A stretch of DNA of 64,000 nt from a virus (IMGVR_UViG_3300010938_000004:68521-132520); one strand, 5' to 3'. Shown: positions 9,388-19,192, counted from the stretch's first letter. The notes: generated by a model not told the origin, from the letters alone. Program-made: numbers and translations.

Positions 9388-9584
9388 ATTTAAATTCTTG
9401 GTATCTTGCACTAGACACTATGAATATCGAACAGGCGCGAGTGGTCAAGCTATGGCGAGAGCACTACGCCTGGGGTCTGATTTCAAGGAAGTGGTTTGAA
9501 AGATACGGGATAGGTCCTGAGTATAGTCGAGTTTTTGGACATGAGTTGTGCGATCTCGCAGCTAAGATCTTGGGTGATGATTAA
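9384..9584 (+). CDS. Hypothetical protein
   Basis: 66 aa ORF coupled to upstream stop (GTGA). Confidence 0.5.
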   Translation: MNLNSWYLALDTMNIEQARVVKLWREHYAWGLISRKWFERYGIGPEYSRVFGHELCDLAAKILGDD

Positions 9585-9611
9585 CTGAGAGCCCGTGGTA
9601 CAGTAGTTGAC

Positions 9612-9674
9612 CGCCTCTAAGCGTAAACCAGGAATTGGGCATCCAGTCCCGAGACTGCAAGACGCTTAGAGGTG
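9612..9674 (+). ncRNA. Candidate structured leader/small RNA
   Basis: 13-bp stem CGCCTCTAAGCGT/ACGCTTAGAGGTG enclosing CAGTC-CCGA-GACTG hairpin, 7 nt after TGG-TACAGT. Confidence 0.45.
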
Positions 9675-9692
9675 ATATAAAGGGAGGAATCT

Positions 9693-9977
9693 ATGGCCAA
9701 GAAGTCGAAAGAGAAAGAGCTGCCTTTCGGAGTGACCCAGGAGTTTTTGTCCGAAGTGGCCAGCATGACTGTCGAGCAGAAGAAGAACGCCATCGTTAAG
9801 CTGGAGAATGAAATCGAGAACGCGTCGGAGGAGGTTAAGCTCAATGACGCGATCATCAATGCCAAGAACCAGCTGGATTACGTTCAGGGACCGTTCAAGG
9901 ACTCCATCAAGACCTTTAAGAATCGCAAGAAGATCCTCTTGAAGGAGCTGAAGGACGCCGGAGTGTTTGACGCATGA
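9693..9977 (+). CDS. Small helical coiled-coil protein
   Basis: Strong SD GGGAGG, 94 aa. Confidence 0.75.
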   Translation: MAKKSKEKELPFGVTQEFLSEVASMTVEQKKNAIVKLENEIENASEEVKLNDAIINAKNQLDYVQGPFKDSIKTFKNRKKILLKELKDAGVFDA

Positions 9978-10390
9978 GCCTGGAGATGACTCAGCGCTTT
10001 CAGGTGCTGAAGCGCATAGTCTCTAGCGCAGCTCCAGAATTCACTCTGAAAACTGTTTCTGCTGAGTCTTCCTACATGGACAGAGAGCGCAAGCTTATTG
10101 CTGTTCCAGAGCGGGAAGGTTTTCTTGTGGCAGTTGCCGATGCTATGTTTTGCGTGGGGTTGCTACTTGCTGAGTCTGGCAAGATTAGGTCTTATGCGGC
10201 CCCTTCCTTCTCCAGGGCATTGGTGGCTCACAAGGTAGATCTGGCTGCTGCGAAGTGGGCCAAGACTACCGTCAGGTTGTTCTTCCACTGGCTGGACCAG
10301 ACAGAGCTGGAAGGGCGTATAGACGACCTGGTCAGGTCGGCAGAGGAGTGGGCCGATGAGCTTGATGGACGACCTGCTGATCCTGTTTGA
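9974..10390 (+). CDS. Hypothetical protein
   Basis: ORF coupled by ATGA. Confidence 0.65.
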   Translation: MSLEMTQRFQVLKRIVSSAAPEFTLKTVSAESSYMDRERKLIAVPEREGFLVAVADAMFCVGLLLAESGKIRSYAAPSFSRALVAHKVDLAAAKWAKTTVRLFFHWLDQTELEGRIDDLVRSAEEWADELDGRPADPV

Positions 10391-11276
10391 GAAGGCGGAG
10401 ATTTCTCCTCGCGAGAATCAGAAGAGCTTCATCCTGGACTGTCCTGAGTGCGGGAAGCGCAATCACTGCTATGTTCGTAAAGAGTCGGGGTTTGCCAAGT
10501 GCTTTAAGTGCCTTGCCTCTTGGAATTTCTACTCTCTCGCAGCAGCCTTGATGGGTGTTCGGGTATCTGACGTCGAGAAGAGGCTTGGCCAAGCTTCCGC
10601 GGAGATGATCCCGGACCCTTGGCCCAAGAAGCGAGAGCGAGAGGATGACCTTCCTTCTCGGCCAATCTTGCTGGGCATGGATTTCGTTCCTGCAGAAAAC
10701 AGTGACGCGGCCCTTTCTTACCTGCTGTCCCGTGGCATGACTCCTGAGAAGATGGTCTACTACGACGTGAGGTATCATGCAGCCATGCACGCTGTGGTAT
10801 TCCCGATTGTGAGAGATGGCATCACATATGGATGGCAGGCTAGGCGCATCCCGCCGCTCAAGGACGAGAAGATGCGGTTGCTCACTATGGCTGGGGTAGA
10901 TAAGGGAAGGTTTCTACTTAACTGGGACAGAGCCTCAAAGCATGACCGCATTGTCTTAGTGGAGGGCCCCTTTGACTGCGTAAAGGCCGATCAGCCAGGC
11001 TACGGAGCCGTGGCTTCGATGGGCAAGGGCGTGTCGGACGAGCAGGTGAACATGATTTTGTCAGTCGCTAGGCAGGTCTACATAGGCGTAGACAAAGACG
11101 CTACGGAGCAGGCCGAGGAGCTGTGTAGTAGGTTTTTGCAAGCTGGTGTCGAAGTGTACAGGTTGCTGCCCCCCGATGGGAGGGGTGACATGGGCGAGTG
11201 TACCGATCAGGAGGCTCAGGAAGCCCTGGAGAAGGCGGAGCGGGTGTGGGATAGCACATTCCTCATCGAGGCTTGA
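10356..11276 (+). CDS. DNA primase (Zn finger + TOPRIM)
   Basis: CPECG..CFKC, YLLSRG, LVEGPFD, VDKD. Confidence 0.9.
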   Translation: MSLMDDLLILFEKAEISPRENQKSFILDCPECGKRNHCYVRKESGFAKCFKCLASWNFYSLAAALMGVRVSDVEKRLGQASAEMIPDPWPKKREREDDLPSRPILLGMDFVPAENSDAALSYLLSRGMTPEKMVYYDVRYHAAMHAVVFPIVRDGITYGWQARRIPPLKDEKMRLLTMAGVDKGRFLLNWDRASKHDRIVLVEGPFDCVKADQPGYGAVASMGKGVSDEQVNMILSVARQVYIGVDKDATEQAEELCSRFLQAGVEVYRLLPPDGRGDMGECTDQEAQEALEKAERVWDSTFLIEA

Positions 11277-11301
11277 CGCAGTTTGTCACCGCTGGTACTA
11301 T
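11273..11301 (+). promoter_or_regulatory. Sigma70-type promoter, leaderless
   Basis: TTGACG-N17-TACTAT with TG extension; ATG 6 nt downstream. Confidence 0.75.
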
Positions 11302-11307
11302 TCAAGC

Positions 11308-11537
11308 ATGCAGCAGACCATTCTTATTCAGACCAAGGCAGACGGTCGCATCAAGGTCTGCAACAAGCTTTCTAAGATTCTGGATATCAACGTGACGCAG
11401 GCGATGTTCATTGCGCCCTAGGGAAGCCGACAGTGACGCTGGATTGGCTCAAGATGGGGAAGGTTGTTGCTTTGTGCGACTCGGCCGGCGCCGAGTACGC
11501 GATCGATAATGTCGAAACGGAGGAGAGCGAGACATGA
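11308..11537 (+). pseudogene. Ribosomal protein bL12 C-terminal-domain-like gene with frameshift near 11416-11421
   Basis: Joined frames: MQQTILIQTKADGRIKVCNKLSKILDINVTQAMFIA/LGKPTVTLDWLKMGKVVALCDSAGAEYAI. Confidence 0.4.
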
Positions 11538-11869
11538 AAAAGCAAGCAGATTTTACGTACCGAGGTGAAAAGCGGTGCAAGTTGACCGGACACACGGTCT
11601 ACGGCATCGGCCGTGACAAGGAGTCCGCCAAGCAGGATCTGAAGAGCAATTGGAAGAAGCACAAAGACGCCCTGTCGAAGGGGCTGTTTTTGCAGGAAGT
11701 GGGCCGGTGCCACTCCCCGGGCTTTGTGAATCAGGAACACAAGATTTTGGGCTTCATTCGTATTCGCAATACGCAGCGCACCGCGCCCATCCTGGCGCGC
11801 CCGAGCCTGGCCGAGCTCATCAAGGCCGGCAGGGCGATGCATGGCCCCCTGCCCCAGAGGGTTGGATGA
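11534..11869 (+). CDS. Hypothetical basic protein
   Basis: SD GGAGGAG, 111 aa. Confidence 0.65.
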   Translation: MKKQADFTYRGEKRCKLTGHTVYGIGRDKESAKQDLKSNWKKHKDALSKGLFLQEVGRCHSPGFVNQEHKILGFIRIRNTQRTAPILARPSLAELIKAGRAMHGPLPQRVG

Positions 11870-12285
11870 GAATTCGGCCCACAGAGCGCTACGACATCGT
11901 ATTCGTGGCTCAGAACCCCAAGGGCTCGCAGAACGCGGGCAGGGCCCTGGTGGGAACTCGCTCGTGGGAAGTGCTCTTGTCCTGGACAGAAGAGATGGGC
12001 CTGTCTGGTCGCCCTTTCTTGGTCACGAACGCGCTGAGAGACTTCGGCCCTCCGCGGGCACTGCGGCGCGAGGAGCGCCTAAGGCTATATGGAGAGATCC
12101 GGCGCTATGGCCCCAAGGTTGTGGTCGCTTTGGGCTCTTTGGTGAGCAGAGACCTGACTAGGGCTGGAGTGCCTCACCTGAGACTTCCGCACCCTTCCGG
12201 CCTGAACCGCCACACGAGCCACAAGCGGGCACTCCGAGAGGTATTGACCCACGTGGGGGAACAAGTAAGGAGCGCGATTGAATAA
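11866..12285 (+). CDS. Uracil-DNA glycosylase superfamily protein
   Basis: IVFVAQNP, TNA, PKVVVALG, LPHPSGLNR; ATG at 11866. Confidence 0.8.
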   Translation: MRIRPTERYDIVFVAQNPKGSQNAGRALVGTRSWEVLLSWTEEMGLSGRPFLVTNALRDFGPPRALRREERLRLYGEIRRYGPKVVVALGSLVSRDLTRAGVPHLRLPHPSGLNRHTSHKRALREVLTHVGEQVRSAIE

Positions 12286-12850
12286 GCAGAAATTCATAGT
12301 GTCTTTGGATCTAGAGATGAATCAACCCAGTGGGAACATAATTCAGGTGGGCGCGTGTTGGGGAGATCCCCTTGCCGGTGAGATCCGCGAGATGCGCCGG
12401 CACTACGTGCGCCTGCCGCCGGAAGAAACCGTGAGCGCAGAAATCACCAAGTTGACGGGGATCACTCAAGATCAGCTGGACAGCGCGGGAATGCCGTTGG
12501 CAGTCGCGTACGAGTCTGTCGCAGAGTTGGTCAGGAGAGAGGACACGATCCGCAATCTTTTCACTTGGGGAGGCAATGACGCCTCTTTGCTGGTCCGGCA
12601 GGCCGGAATAAGGCAACCTGCCTTTGGGCAGACGGTTTTTGACGTCAAGAAGCTCTATCAGGTGTACAGGATGGCCACCGGCCAGAAGATGCAGTCTGGG
12701 CTGGCGAAGTCGATGACTAAGCTTGGCATGGTCTTTGAAGGTCGGAAGCATGACGGCCTCGACGACGCCGTCAACACGTTCCGCGTGTTTCATCGGCTTC
12801 TCATAATGATGAGTCAACTTAAGGTTGACTTGACGCAGCGCGCTCCTTGA
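12278..12850 (+). CDS. DEDDh 3'-5' exonuclease (candidate proofreading subunit)
   Basis: LDLEM, WGGND, HDGLDDA; directly upstream of dnaE. Confidence 0.9.
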   Translation: MNKQKFIVSLDLEMNQPSGNIIQVGACWGDPLAGEIREMRRHYVRLPPEETVSAEITKLTGITQDQLDSAGMPLAVAYESVAELVRREDTIRNLFTWGGNDASLLVRQAGIRQPAFGQTVFDVKKLYQVYRMATGQKMQSGLAKSMTKLGMVFEGRKHDGLDDAVNTFRVFHRLLIMMSQLKVDLTQRAP

Positions 12851-12863
12851 TACTTTATCTTCA

Positions 12864-15800
12864 ATGAAGTTCCCCACTAGCCTTCAGTTGTGCCCTCTTC
12901 ATGCGCACACAGTTTATTCCGTGCTTGATGGCGCCAGCACGATCGACCAGTACCTCACGTGGTGTAAGGACAATGGAGCCCCAGCACTAGGCATCACGGA
13001 CCACGGGTGGATGATTGGATTGTTGGAATTGTACAGCAAGTCCAAGGAAGCCGGGGTTGTTCCACTCCCCGGTTGTGAGTTCTACGTCGTGCCCGATAAG
13101 GACCATCCTTTTCAGGCCGATATCTACGACTACTGTCACGTGACTGTCTGGGCTTACAACGAGCAAGGCTACAAGAATCTCATGAAGCTAGGCTCAATCT
13201 CTTGGCAGCAAGATGAGCTATTCGGCATTTCGCGCAAGGATAAGAAGAAGATCTGGACGCCCAAAGACAGGGTGGTATCGAAATTCGGCGTGGCCAAGCC
13301 GCGCATTACCTTTGATGAGTTGGCTCAGTACTCCGCGGGTCTGGTGGGCGCCTCTGGCTGCCTCATCGGGCCGCTAGCTAAGGCTACTCTCAATCGAGAG
13401 CGCGAGGGTTTTGATCTGTATGTGAACAAGCTCAGGGCCATCTTTAAGGATCGCCTGTACCTAGAGATAATGCCCCATTGCGTGACTCACAATTGGAATA
13501 AGAAGACCAACTCGTTCGAAGAGATCGAGTGTACTGACCTGTCACCTGATGGAGATCTTCAGCGTACGGCGAATTTGGCTGTGTTGGAGGCTGCGAAGCG
13601 CGAGAGGCTGCCATTGCTACTCACGGTAGACAGTCATTTCGTGAAGCCCGAACAGAAGGGGCTGCAGGACGCGATTCTGTCGCAGGGAGAGGAGGGCGGC
13701 TTTCGTTTTCACAACTCGTACCACATGGTCACGACTAATGAGGCGTGGCAGTTTTGGCGCGAGCGGTACGGCGAGGACGAGGACAACCGCAAGATGTTCC
13801 AGGAGGCTGTAGAAAATAATCACGCGATCGCCGACCTGGCTAAGGACATCAAGATTCAAACTTCTTACCATCAGGTTCAACCGGAGATCCCGCAAGAGAT
13901 AACTGCGGCTGTGTCTAGCCCCAAGGAGCAGCAGTATACCTTGGTCTACAACCTGATTAACAAGCACGGTCGCATGCCGTGGGGAAATCAGGTCTATGAA
14001 CAACGGCTTCAGTCGGAACTTGAGATCATCGTGGAGAATGGGAAGCTAAACTTTTTGCCGTACTTCTTGTTCAAGGAGAAGTGGGGGTCGTGGGCTAGAG
14101 AGATGGGCTTGTTTCATGGCATCGGCCGCGGCTCTGCCGGCGGCAGTCTTCTGTCGTACTTGCTGAAGATCACCCATATCGATCCGATTAAGTGGCAGTT
14201 GCCCTTCGAGCGTTTTTTGTCTCGCGCCCGCATCGAACGCGGTAAGTATCCTGACATCGACTCTGACTGGTCCGATCGCGATCTTCTGCTAGAAAAGCTG
14301 AAGGAGGAGTACGGAGATAGGTACGCTCAGATTAGCACCCACGGCACCTTGAAGATCAAGATGGCCATTAAGGATGCCCTTCGTTTCTTCGAGGGCCAAG
14401 TTTCTAAGGAAGATGAGAAGTTCATCCACAAGATCCCCAATACGCCCATGGGTGTCATGGATCAAAACTTCCTCCTGGGCTATGTAGACAAGGACAAGAA
14501 CGTCCATGAAGGTTTAGTTGACACCATGCCGGAGCTGAAGGCGTGGCTTGAAGCTCGTCCTGCAGTTTTCGACATGATGCGCCAGCTTTTGGGCATACCA
14601 CGCAGCGTTGGTCGCCACGCGTCGGGCATTGTCGTGTCGGATGTGCCGGTGAGCGAGGTGGTGCCCACTTGTTACATCAGCGGCAGTTTGTGCACTCAGT
14701 ACACCGCGAACGATGTCGAGAAGTCGGGACTCATCAAGTATGACGAGTTGACGGTCACCTTCTATGCCTATGTGGCACGATGCATCTGGCTGATTCACAA
14801 GGATGCAGGTTGGAAGACCTGGTCAGAGCAGGTCACCGTGAACGGACAGGAATTCACCGTTTTGCGATCTGAGCGCCCCTTGACCATTTTGCCGATTCGT
14901 CAGCCGGACGGCTCTCTGTTGGAACTTGATGTGTACAATCTGCCTGAAGAGAAAGACGTTTTTGACATGATCAGTGCTGGCGACACTGCTTCGCTTTTCC
15001 AGATCAGTAGCAACCTGCTGACGGATTTTTGTAGGCGTACTGCCCCGCGCTCTGTGGCGGACATCAGCGCCTTGGTGGCTCTTGTTCGACCCGGCCCGCT
15101 TGACGCTGAAGTGGAGCCTGGGCTGACCATGGCCGAGGCTTACGTGAAGCGCCGGGCTGGCGAGATCCCGGTCAAGTATCCCCATCCAGACATGGAGCAG
15201 CTCACTAGTGAGACTTATGGAATTATTCTCTATCAGGAGCAGCTGCAAAAAGCCTTCAGTATTTTGGCTGATTATTCTCCCGAGGATGCTGACTACTTCC
15301 GCGAGGTGCTCGCCAAGAAGAAGGCTCAGGAGGTGCAGGGGCACTTCCCCAAGATCCGAGAAAAATTGGCGGCCCGTGGATGGAACGATGTACAGGTTCA
15401 GACGTTTATCGACGCTTGCACTGCCGCATCGCGTTACTCTTTTAACTGCATAGATGGCGATGAGCTGCTTGTGACAGACGAGGGTCTGGTGCCCATGCGT
15501 ACTGTGGCCAGTGCGCCAGAGAAGTTTAGGGTGGCTACCTTAAACGAGTCCCACGCAGTGTCCTATGTGACACCGAGCCACGGGGCCTTTATGGGGGAGA
15601 AGGAAGTCTTTGAAATTGTTTTAGAAAACGGGAATAAGATTCAGGCCACCGAAGACCATAGATTTTATACTAATCATGGCTGGAAGACGCTTAAAGAAGT
15701 GCTCTCCAATAATTATGAGATATTGATTGTCGATGTCGAAGAAGTAATGGAAGCGCCAGTAGTTGCAAGAGCTGATGGCACATTAGTGAAAGTCACCTCC

Positions 15801-16940
15801 TTTAAGAGCTTGGGCGTCAAGAGAGTCTACGATCTGGAGATTCCTGGCACTCACAACTTTATCCTGCAGTCAGGCGCTGTGGCCCATAATTGTGCCCATA
15901 GCGCAGCGTACGGCTCTGCTGCCTATATCGGCGCGTACCTGAAGAAGCGCTTTCCGGTTGAGTGGTGGGCTGCGGTTCTTTCCGCTTCTGACGTGTCTGA
16001 TATCAAAAAGAAGGGCTACTCTCACGCGGCCAAGGACCACATGCGCCTGCCGCACGTGAATGGACCCATCCACACCTTTGAGGTAGTGGAACAGGACGGC
16101 GTCAAGACCATCGATGCCCCTCTTGCCGCAGTTCTTGGCTTTGGCCAGGCGTCCCGCGCTGACTTGCAAAAGATCCGCGAGAAGGGTCCTATTTCTTCTA
16201 TCTTGGATTTTTTCTGCAGGACTAGGGGGACCCGGATCTCTTCTGGAGTGTTCAAGGACTTGGTGCTGTCCGGCTGCTTCGACCTACTGCATCCTGACAT
16301 GGAGAAGAAGGACATGCTGGAGTTGTACTTCTGGTTGCAGCGCGTGTCTGGACTTAAGGCGGGCAGAGACAAGATGGGGGAAGAGCTTTTAGAGGCAGCA
16401 TTAGCTCGGATGGAGTCCCATCCTGAAGAGATTCAAGATGCTAACTTAGACCCAGGCATCAGCGACCTAGTATGGCTGAACACCGAGAAGATTCGCAGAT
16501 TGTCGCTCTATGACTTTCATCCGCTGGTGGCCCTCAAGGAGGTGCTCAGCACCAAGGGCTTCATTTACACCCACAAGGATGTTCGATTCCGGATGCGCCA
16601 GGAAGAGATTTTGGTGATGGAGAATTTGTCTGGAGCGGCTGATTACCACTCTGCGGTTGGGTGGGTTGGCATTTTGACCGAGGTAAAGGGGTGGACTTAT
16701 CAAAGCAAGAAGAAGGGCACGCAGGAGACTGCGTGTAAGTTGCAGGTGGACTGCGGTGGGGAAGTTCTAGAGTGCGTAATGTGGCCTGATACTTATCAGA
16801 GATACAAGCCGATGTTGATTAAGATGAGCAAGACTGACATAGTGTTTGTGGTGGGCAGCGTGAAAGCGTCGGCGTTTAGTCGTTCTGGGTATTCCATGAA
16901 CGTAGATTTTTTCCGCGGAGTGAGGACCTTGAGCATATGA
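12864..16940 (+). CDS. dnaE: DNA polymerase III alpha subunit with intein
   Basis: PHP motifs HAHT..SVLDG and TDHG; GRGSAGGS; PDIDSD; HASG; YQEQ; OB fold. Confidence 0.97.
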   Translation: MKFPTSLQLCPLHAHTVYSVLDGASTIDQYLTWCKDNGAPALGITDHGWMIGLLELYSKSKEAGVVPLPGCEFYVVPDKDHPFQADIYDYCHVTVWAYNEQGYKNLMKLGSISWQQDELFGISRKDKKKIWTPKDRVVSKFGVAKPRITFDELAQYSAGLVGASGCLIGPLAKATLNREREGFDLYVNKLRAIFKDRLYLEIMPHCVTHNWNKKTNSFEEIECTDLSPDGDLQRTANLAVLEAAKRERLPLLLTVDSHFVKPEQKGLQDAILSQGEEGGFRFHNSYHMVTTNEAWQFWRERYGEDEDNRKMFQEAVENNHAIADLAKDIKIQTSYHQVQPEIPQEITAAVSSPKEQQYTLVYNLINKHGRMPWGNQVYEQRLQSELEIIVENGKLNFLPYFLFKEKWGSWAREMGLFHGIGRGSAGGSLLSYLLKITHIDPIKWQLPFERFLSRARIERGKYPDIDSDWSDRDLLLEKLKEEYGDRYAQISTHGTLKIKMAIKDALRFFEGQVSKEDEKFIHKIPNTPMGVMDQNFLLGYVDKDKNVHEGLVDTMPELKAWLEARPAVFDMMRQLLGIPRSVGRHASGIVVSDVPVSEVVPTCYISGSLCTQYTANDVEKSGLIKYDELTVTFYAYVARCIWLIHKDAGWKTWSEQVTVNGQEFTVLRSERPLTILPIRQPDGSLLELDVYNLPEEKDVFDMISAGDTASLFQISSNLLTDFCRRTAPRSVADISALVALVRPGPLDAEVEPGLTMAEAYVKRRAGEIPVKYPHPDMEQLTSETYGIILYQEQLQKAFSILADYSPEDADYFREVLAKKKAQEVQGHFPKIREKLAARGWNDVQVQTFIDACTAASRYSFNCIDGDELLVTDEGLVPMRTVASAPEKFRVATLNESHAVSYVTPSHGAFMGEKEVFEIVLENGNKIQATEDHRFYTNHGWKTLKEVLSNNYEILIVDVEEVMEAPVVARADGTLVKVTSFKSLGVKRVYDLEIPGTHNFILQSGAVAHNCAHSAAYGSAAYIGAYLKKRFPVEWWAAVLSASDVSDIKKKGYSHAAKDHMRLPHVNGPIHTFEVVEQDGVKTIDAPLAAVLGFGQASRADLQKIREKGPISSILDFFCRTRGTRISSGVFKDLVLSGCFDLLHPDMEKKDMLELYFWLQRVSGLKAGRDKMGEELLEAALARMESHPEEIQDANLDPGISDLVWLNTEKIRRLSLYDFHPLVALKEVLSTKGFIYTHKDVRFRMRQEEILVMENLSGAADYHSAVGWVGILTEVKGWTYQSKKKGTQETACKLQVDCGGEVLECVMWPDTYQRYKPMLIKMSKTDIVFVVGSVKASAFSRSGYSMNVDFFRGVRTLSI
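15447..15890 (+). mobile_element. Mini-intein (148 aa) in DnaE
   Basis: YSFN|CIDGD...ATEDHRF...VYDLEIPGTHNF...AHN|CAHSAAY; lower GC. Confidence 0.92.
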
Positions 16941-17365
16941 TCGAACCCAATAAGATAGCATCAAAGCAGTTGGCGCTTCTTGTTAAAGAAGCGGTCCAGC
17001 ATCAGTTCAACAAGAACTACGTTCTGTCGTCACTGCTGCTGAGTGTGCCAACCAAGGACTGCCCTGAGGGCCAGGCGATCCGGTGGTACGTGATTGGTGC
17101 GCCAGAGGCATACCCGCTTTTCTCGATCCAGAATGCTGAGGGCATCTTCTGCCGTAAGCTGGAGAACTTAGTTACTTTTGACTCTACGGTGAAGGACGAG
17201 ATTCTGGCTTACGATCTTGAGACGGATTCTGTGCGGATGATCGAAGAAAGGTCTTATGAGTTGGGCAAGCTGAGTGCTCCGACCGTGGTGCGGGTTCCAG
17301 ACCCAGCTACTTCTGTGCCGTATGTACTGCCGCACAGGGTGCTTAGTTTCTCAGAGGGGGCATAA
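16937..17365 (+). CDS. Hypothetical protein
   Basis: Coupled ORF (ATGA). Confidence 0.7.
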   Translation: MIEPNKIASKQLALLVKEAVQHQFNKNYVLSSLLLSVPTKDCPEGQAIRWYVIGAPEAYPLFSIQNAEGIFCRKLENLVTFDSTVKDEILAYDLETDSVRMIEERSYELGKLSAPTVVRVPDPATSVPYVLPHRVLSFSEGA

Positions 17366-18102
17366 TGCTGAGATCAGATACACAGGTGATTATACTCCTG
17401 GGCAATCGTCAGGCAGTCAGGCGCCTCACAGCAGCCGCTCCTTCGGAGGTGAAGGTAGTAGATGCAGATCAGTGGTTCTTGTCGGCCGTTAGCAAAGCTA
17501 CTGGGCTTTCGATGGAAAGCCTGGGGTTGTACTCGGACAAGGATATGCAGGGCGAGATGTCCCTAGACAAAGGTACATTGGGCGTGTTCGCCGCATACAT
17601 GAATTTGTCTAGGGTTTCTACGAACAACATCCTCAACAAGACTTCTGTTCAGGACGGGGTTAAGCATTTGCAAAACGTAATGAGCAAGTACAGCCCACAC
17701 AAGGACGGGTGGTTGCTCCAGAATGCCGTAGACATGCTCTACTATTCTCAGCCGGTTAAGCGAGTGCTGGTCTCAATCGAGGGGCTGGACCTCAAGGAGT
17801 TCATGCAGACGCTTGCCCACTACAATTTGGCTTCGCGCGCGCGTTACGTAGTGCTGATTCCGCGCGCTGCGTCAGGAGAGAAGGTCCTTCAGTATGAAGG
17901 AGATCTGCCGCCTTCATATAGCGAGATTGTCATCGAGGAAGGAACGTCATTGACAGACGTGGTGGATGATGTCTTTAATAGCAAGTCTAAGGCGCACAGC
18001 AAGCCAAAGCAGAAGCGGCCGAGTCCTAAGCGAAGACAGGCCAAGAAGCAGGTAGAGCCAGAGACGCCGAAGGAAGAAATAAAGGAGAACACAGATGAGT
18101 GA
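17365..18102 (+). CDS. Hypothetical protein
   Basis: Coupled ORF (TAATG), basic tail. Confidence 0.7.
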   Translation: MLRSDTQVIILLGNRQAVRRLTAAAPSEVKVVDADQWFLSAVSKATGLSMESLGLYSDKDMQGEMSLDKGTLGVFAAYMNLSRVSTNNILNKTSVQDGVKHLQNVMSKYSPHKDGWLLQNAVDMLYYSQPVKRVLVSIEGLDLKEFMQTLAHYNLASRARYVVLIPRAASGEKVLQYEGDLPPSYSEIVIEEGTSLTDVVDDVFNSKSKAHSKPKQKRPSPKRRQAKKQVEPETPKEEIKENTDE

Positions 18103-19192
18103 GATGCTAGAAGGTCTTTCGTTTGATCTCGATTCGTTCAACAGCAAGAGCAAGTACTTCAAGTTCCCGGAGGGGACGACTCTGATTCGTTTCCTTCCTC
18201 CTTACGGGGACAAGGCGAATCGCCGTCCGTTCAAGCAGTACAAGGTCCACTTCGGCTTTACGGATGAGCGCGGCAAGCAGCGCCCGGTCTACTGTCCGTC
18301 GAATGACGGCTTTGACTGCTCGCTCTGTGAGAAGGTTAAGCAGCATCAGGATACGGCTGCGGCCATGTACAAGACCAAGAAAGCCAATGGTGGCAACTTG
18401 GCTCCGGATGAGCAATGCGCCCTAGACGAGGCCAACAACTTCGTGAAGAAGTACCGCGCGGACAATAAGTTCTACTACAATGCGATCCTGGCCAATGGTG
18501 ATATCGTGGTCGCCCAAGTGCCTTGGGCTGTCCAGGGGGGTTCCCGCCGCAGCGACGACCAGAAAGACGAGGCGCCGCCCACCTCCCTTCAGGCCTTGAT
18601 GCTTCAGGCGTGGAACGACTACAAGATCGACCCGCTCAGCATCACTCGCGGTCTGTGGTTTGTGGTTACCCGGACCGGCAAGATGTTGGATACCAAGTAC
18701 TCGGTATCCTTCCAGGAGAGTTCAACCGTGGAGAGTGACGGCACCATCGTGAAGCGCATTAAGTTCACCAACCTGGTGGACGAGATGAAGGACAAGAATC
18801 CTCAAGGCATCAAGGATGCGATCGCCCAGCTGAAGGGCGAGACCAAGGCGGGCCCGCTGGTGGATGTGCATGATCTATACGATCCGCTCACCCCGGCCCA
18901 GTTCGAGGCGATCTTGCAGGGGGCGCCGGTTCCTTCTCGTGGGGCGCAGCAAGAGGTTGAAGAGCAGGCTCCTGGGAAGCCGTCCTTTACTTTGGGAGAT
19001 GGGCCTGCGCCGACCCCTGCGCCGACCCCTGCGCCGACCCCTGCGCCGACCCCTGCGCCTGCCCCTGCGCCTGCCCCTGCGCCTGCCCCTGCGCCGACCC
19101 CTGTCGCCGCGCCGACTGTCACGGCGAGCGACAAGATCGCTGAGGCTCGGGCCAAGGCCGCGAAGTTTCGAGACTCTCAGAAGAAGGCTTAA
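18095..19192 (+). CDS. ssDNA-binding protein, T4 gp32-like
   Basis: IRFLPP, H...CP..C..C Zn site, FYYNAI, TRTG..TKY. Confidence 0.8.
   Translation: MSEMLEGLSFDLDSFNSKSKYFKFPEGTTLIRFLPPYGDKANRRPFKQYKVHFGFTDERGKQRPVYCPSNDGFDCSLCEKVKQHQDTAAAMYKTKKANGGNLAPDEQCALDEANNFVKKYRADNKFYYNAILANGDIVVAQVPWAVQGGSRRSDDQKDEAPPTSLQALMLQAWNDYKIDPLSITRGLWFVVTRTGKMLDTKYSVSFQESSTVESDGTIVKRIKFTNLVDEMKDKNPQGIKDAIAQLKGETKAGPLVDVHDLYDPLTPAQFEAILQGAPVPSRGAQQEVEEQAPGKPSFTLGDGPAPTPAPTPAPTPAPTPAPAPAPAPAPAPAPTPVAAPTVTASDKIAEARAKAAKFRDSQKKA
19004..19099 (+). repeat. 12-bp coding tandem repeat (PAPT/PAPA x8)
   Basis: CCTGCGCCGACC x4, CCTGCGCCTGCC x3, CCTGCGCCGACC x1. Confidence 0.95.

Noticed and set aside
9630-9660. Cobalamin riboswitch (AGTCCCGAGACTGC resemblance)
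   Set aside because: Too short; other conserved core elements are absent
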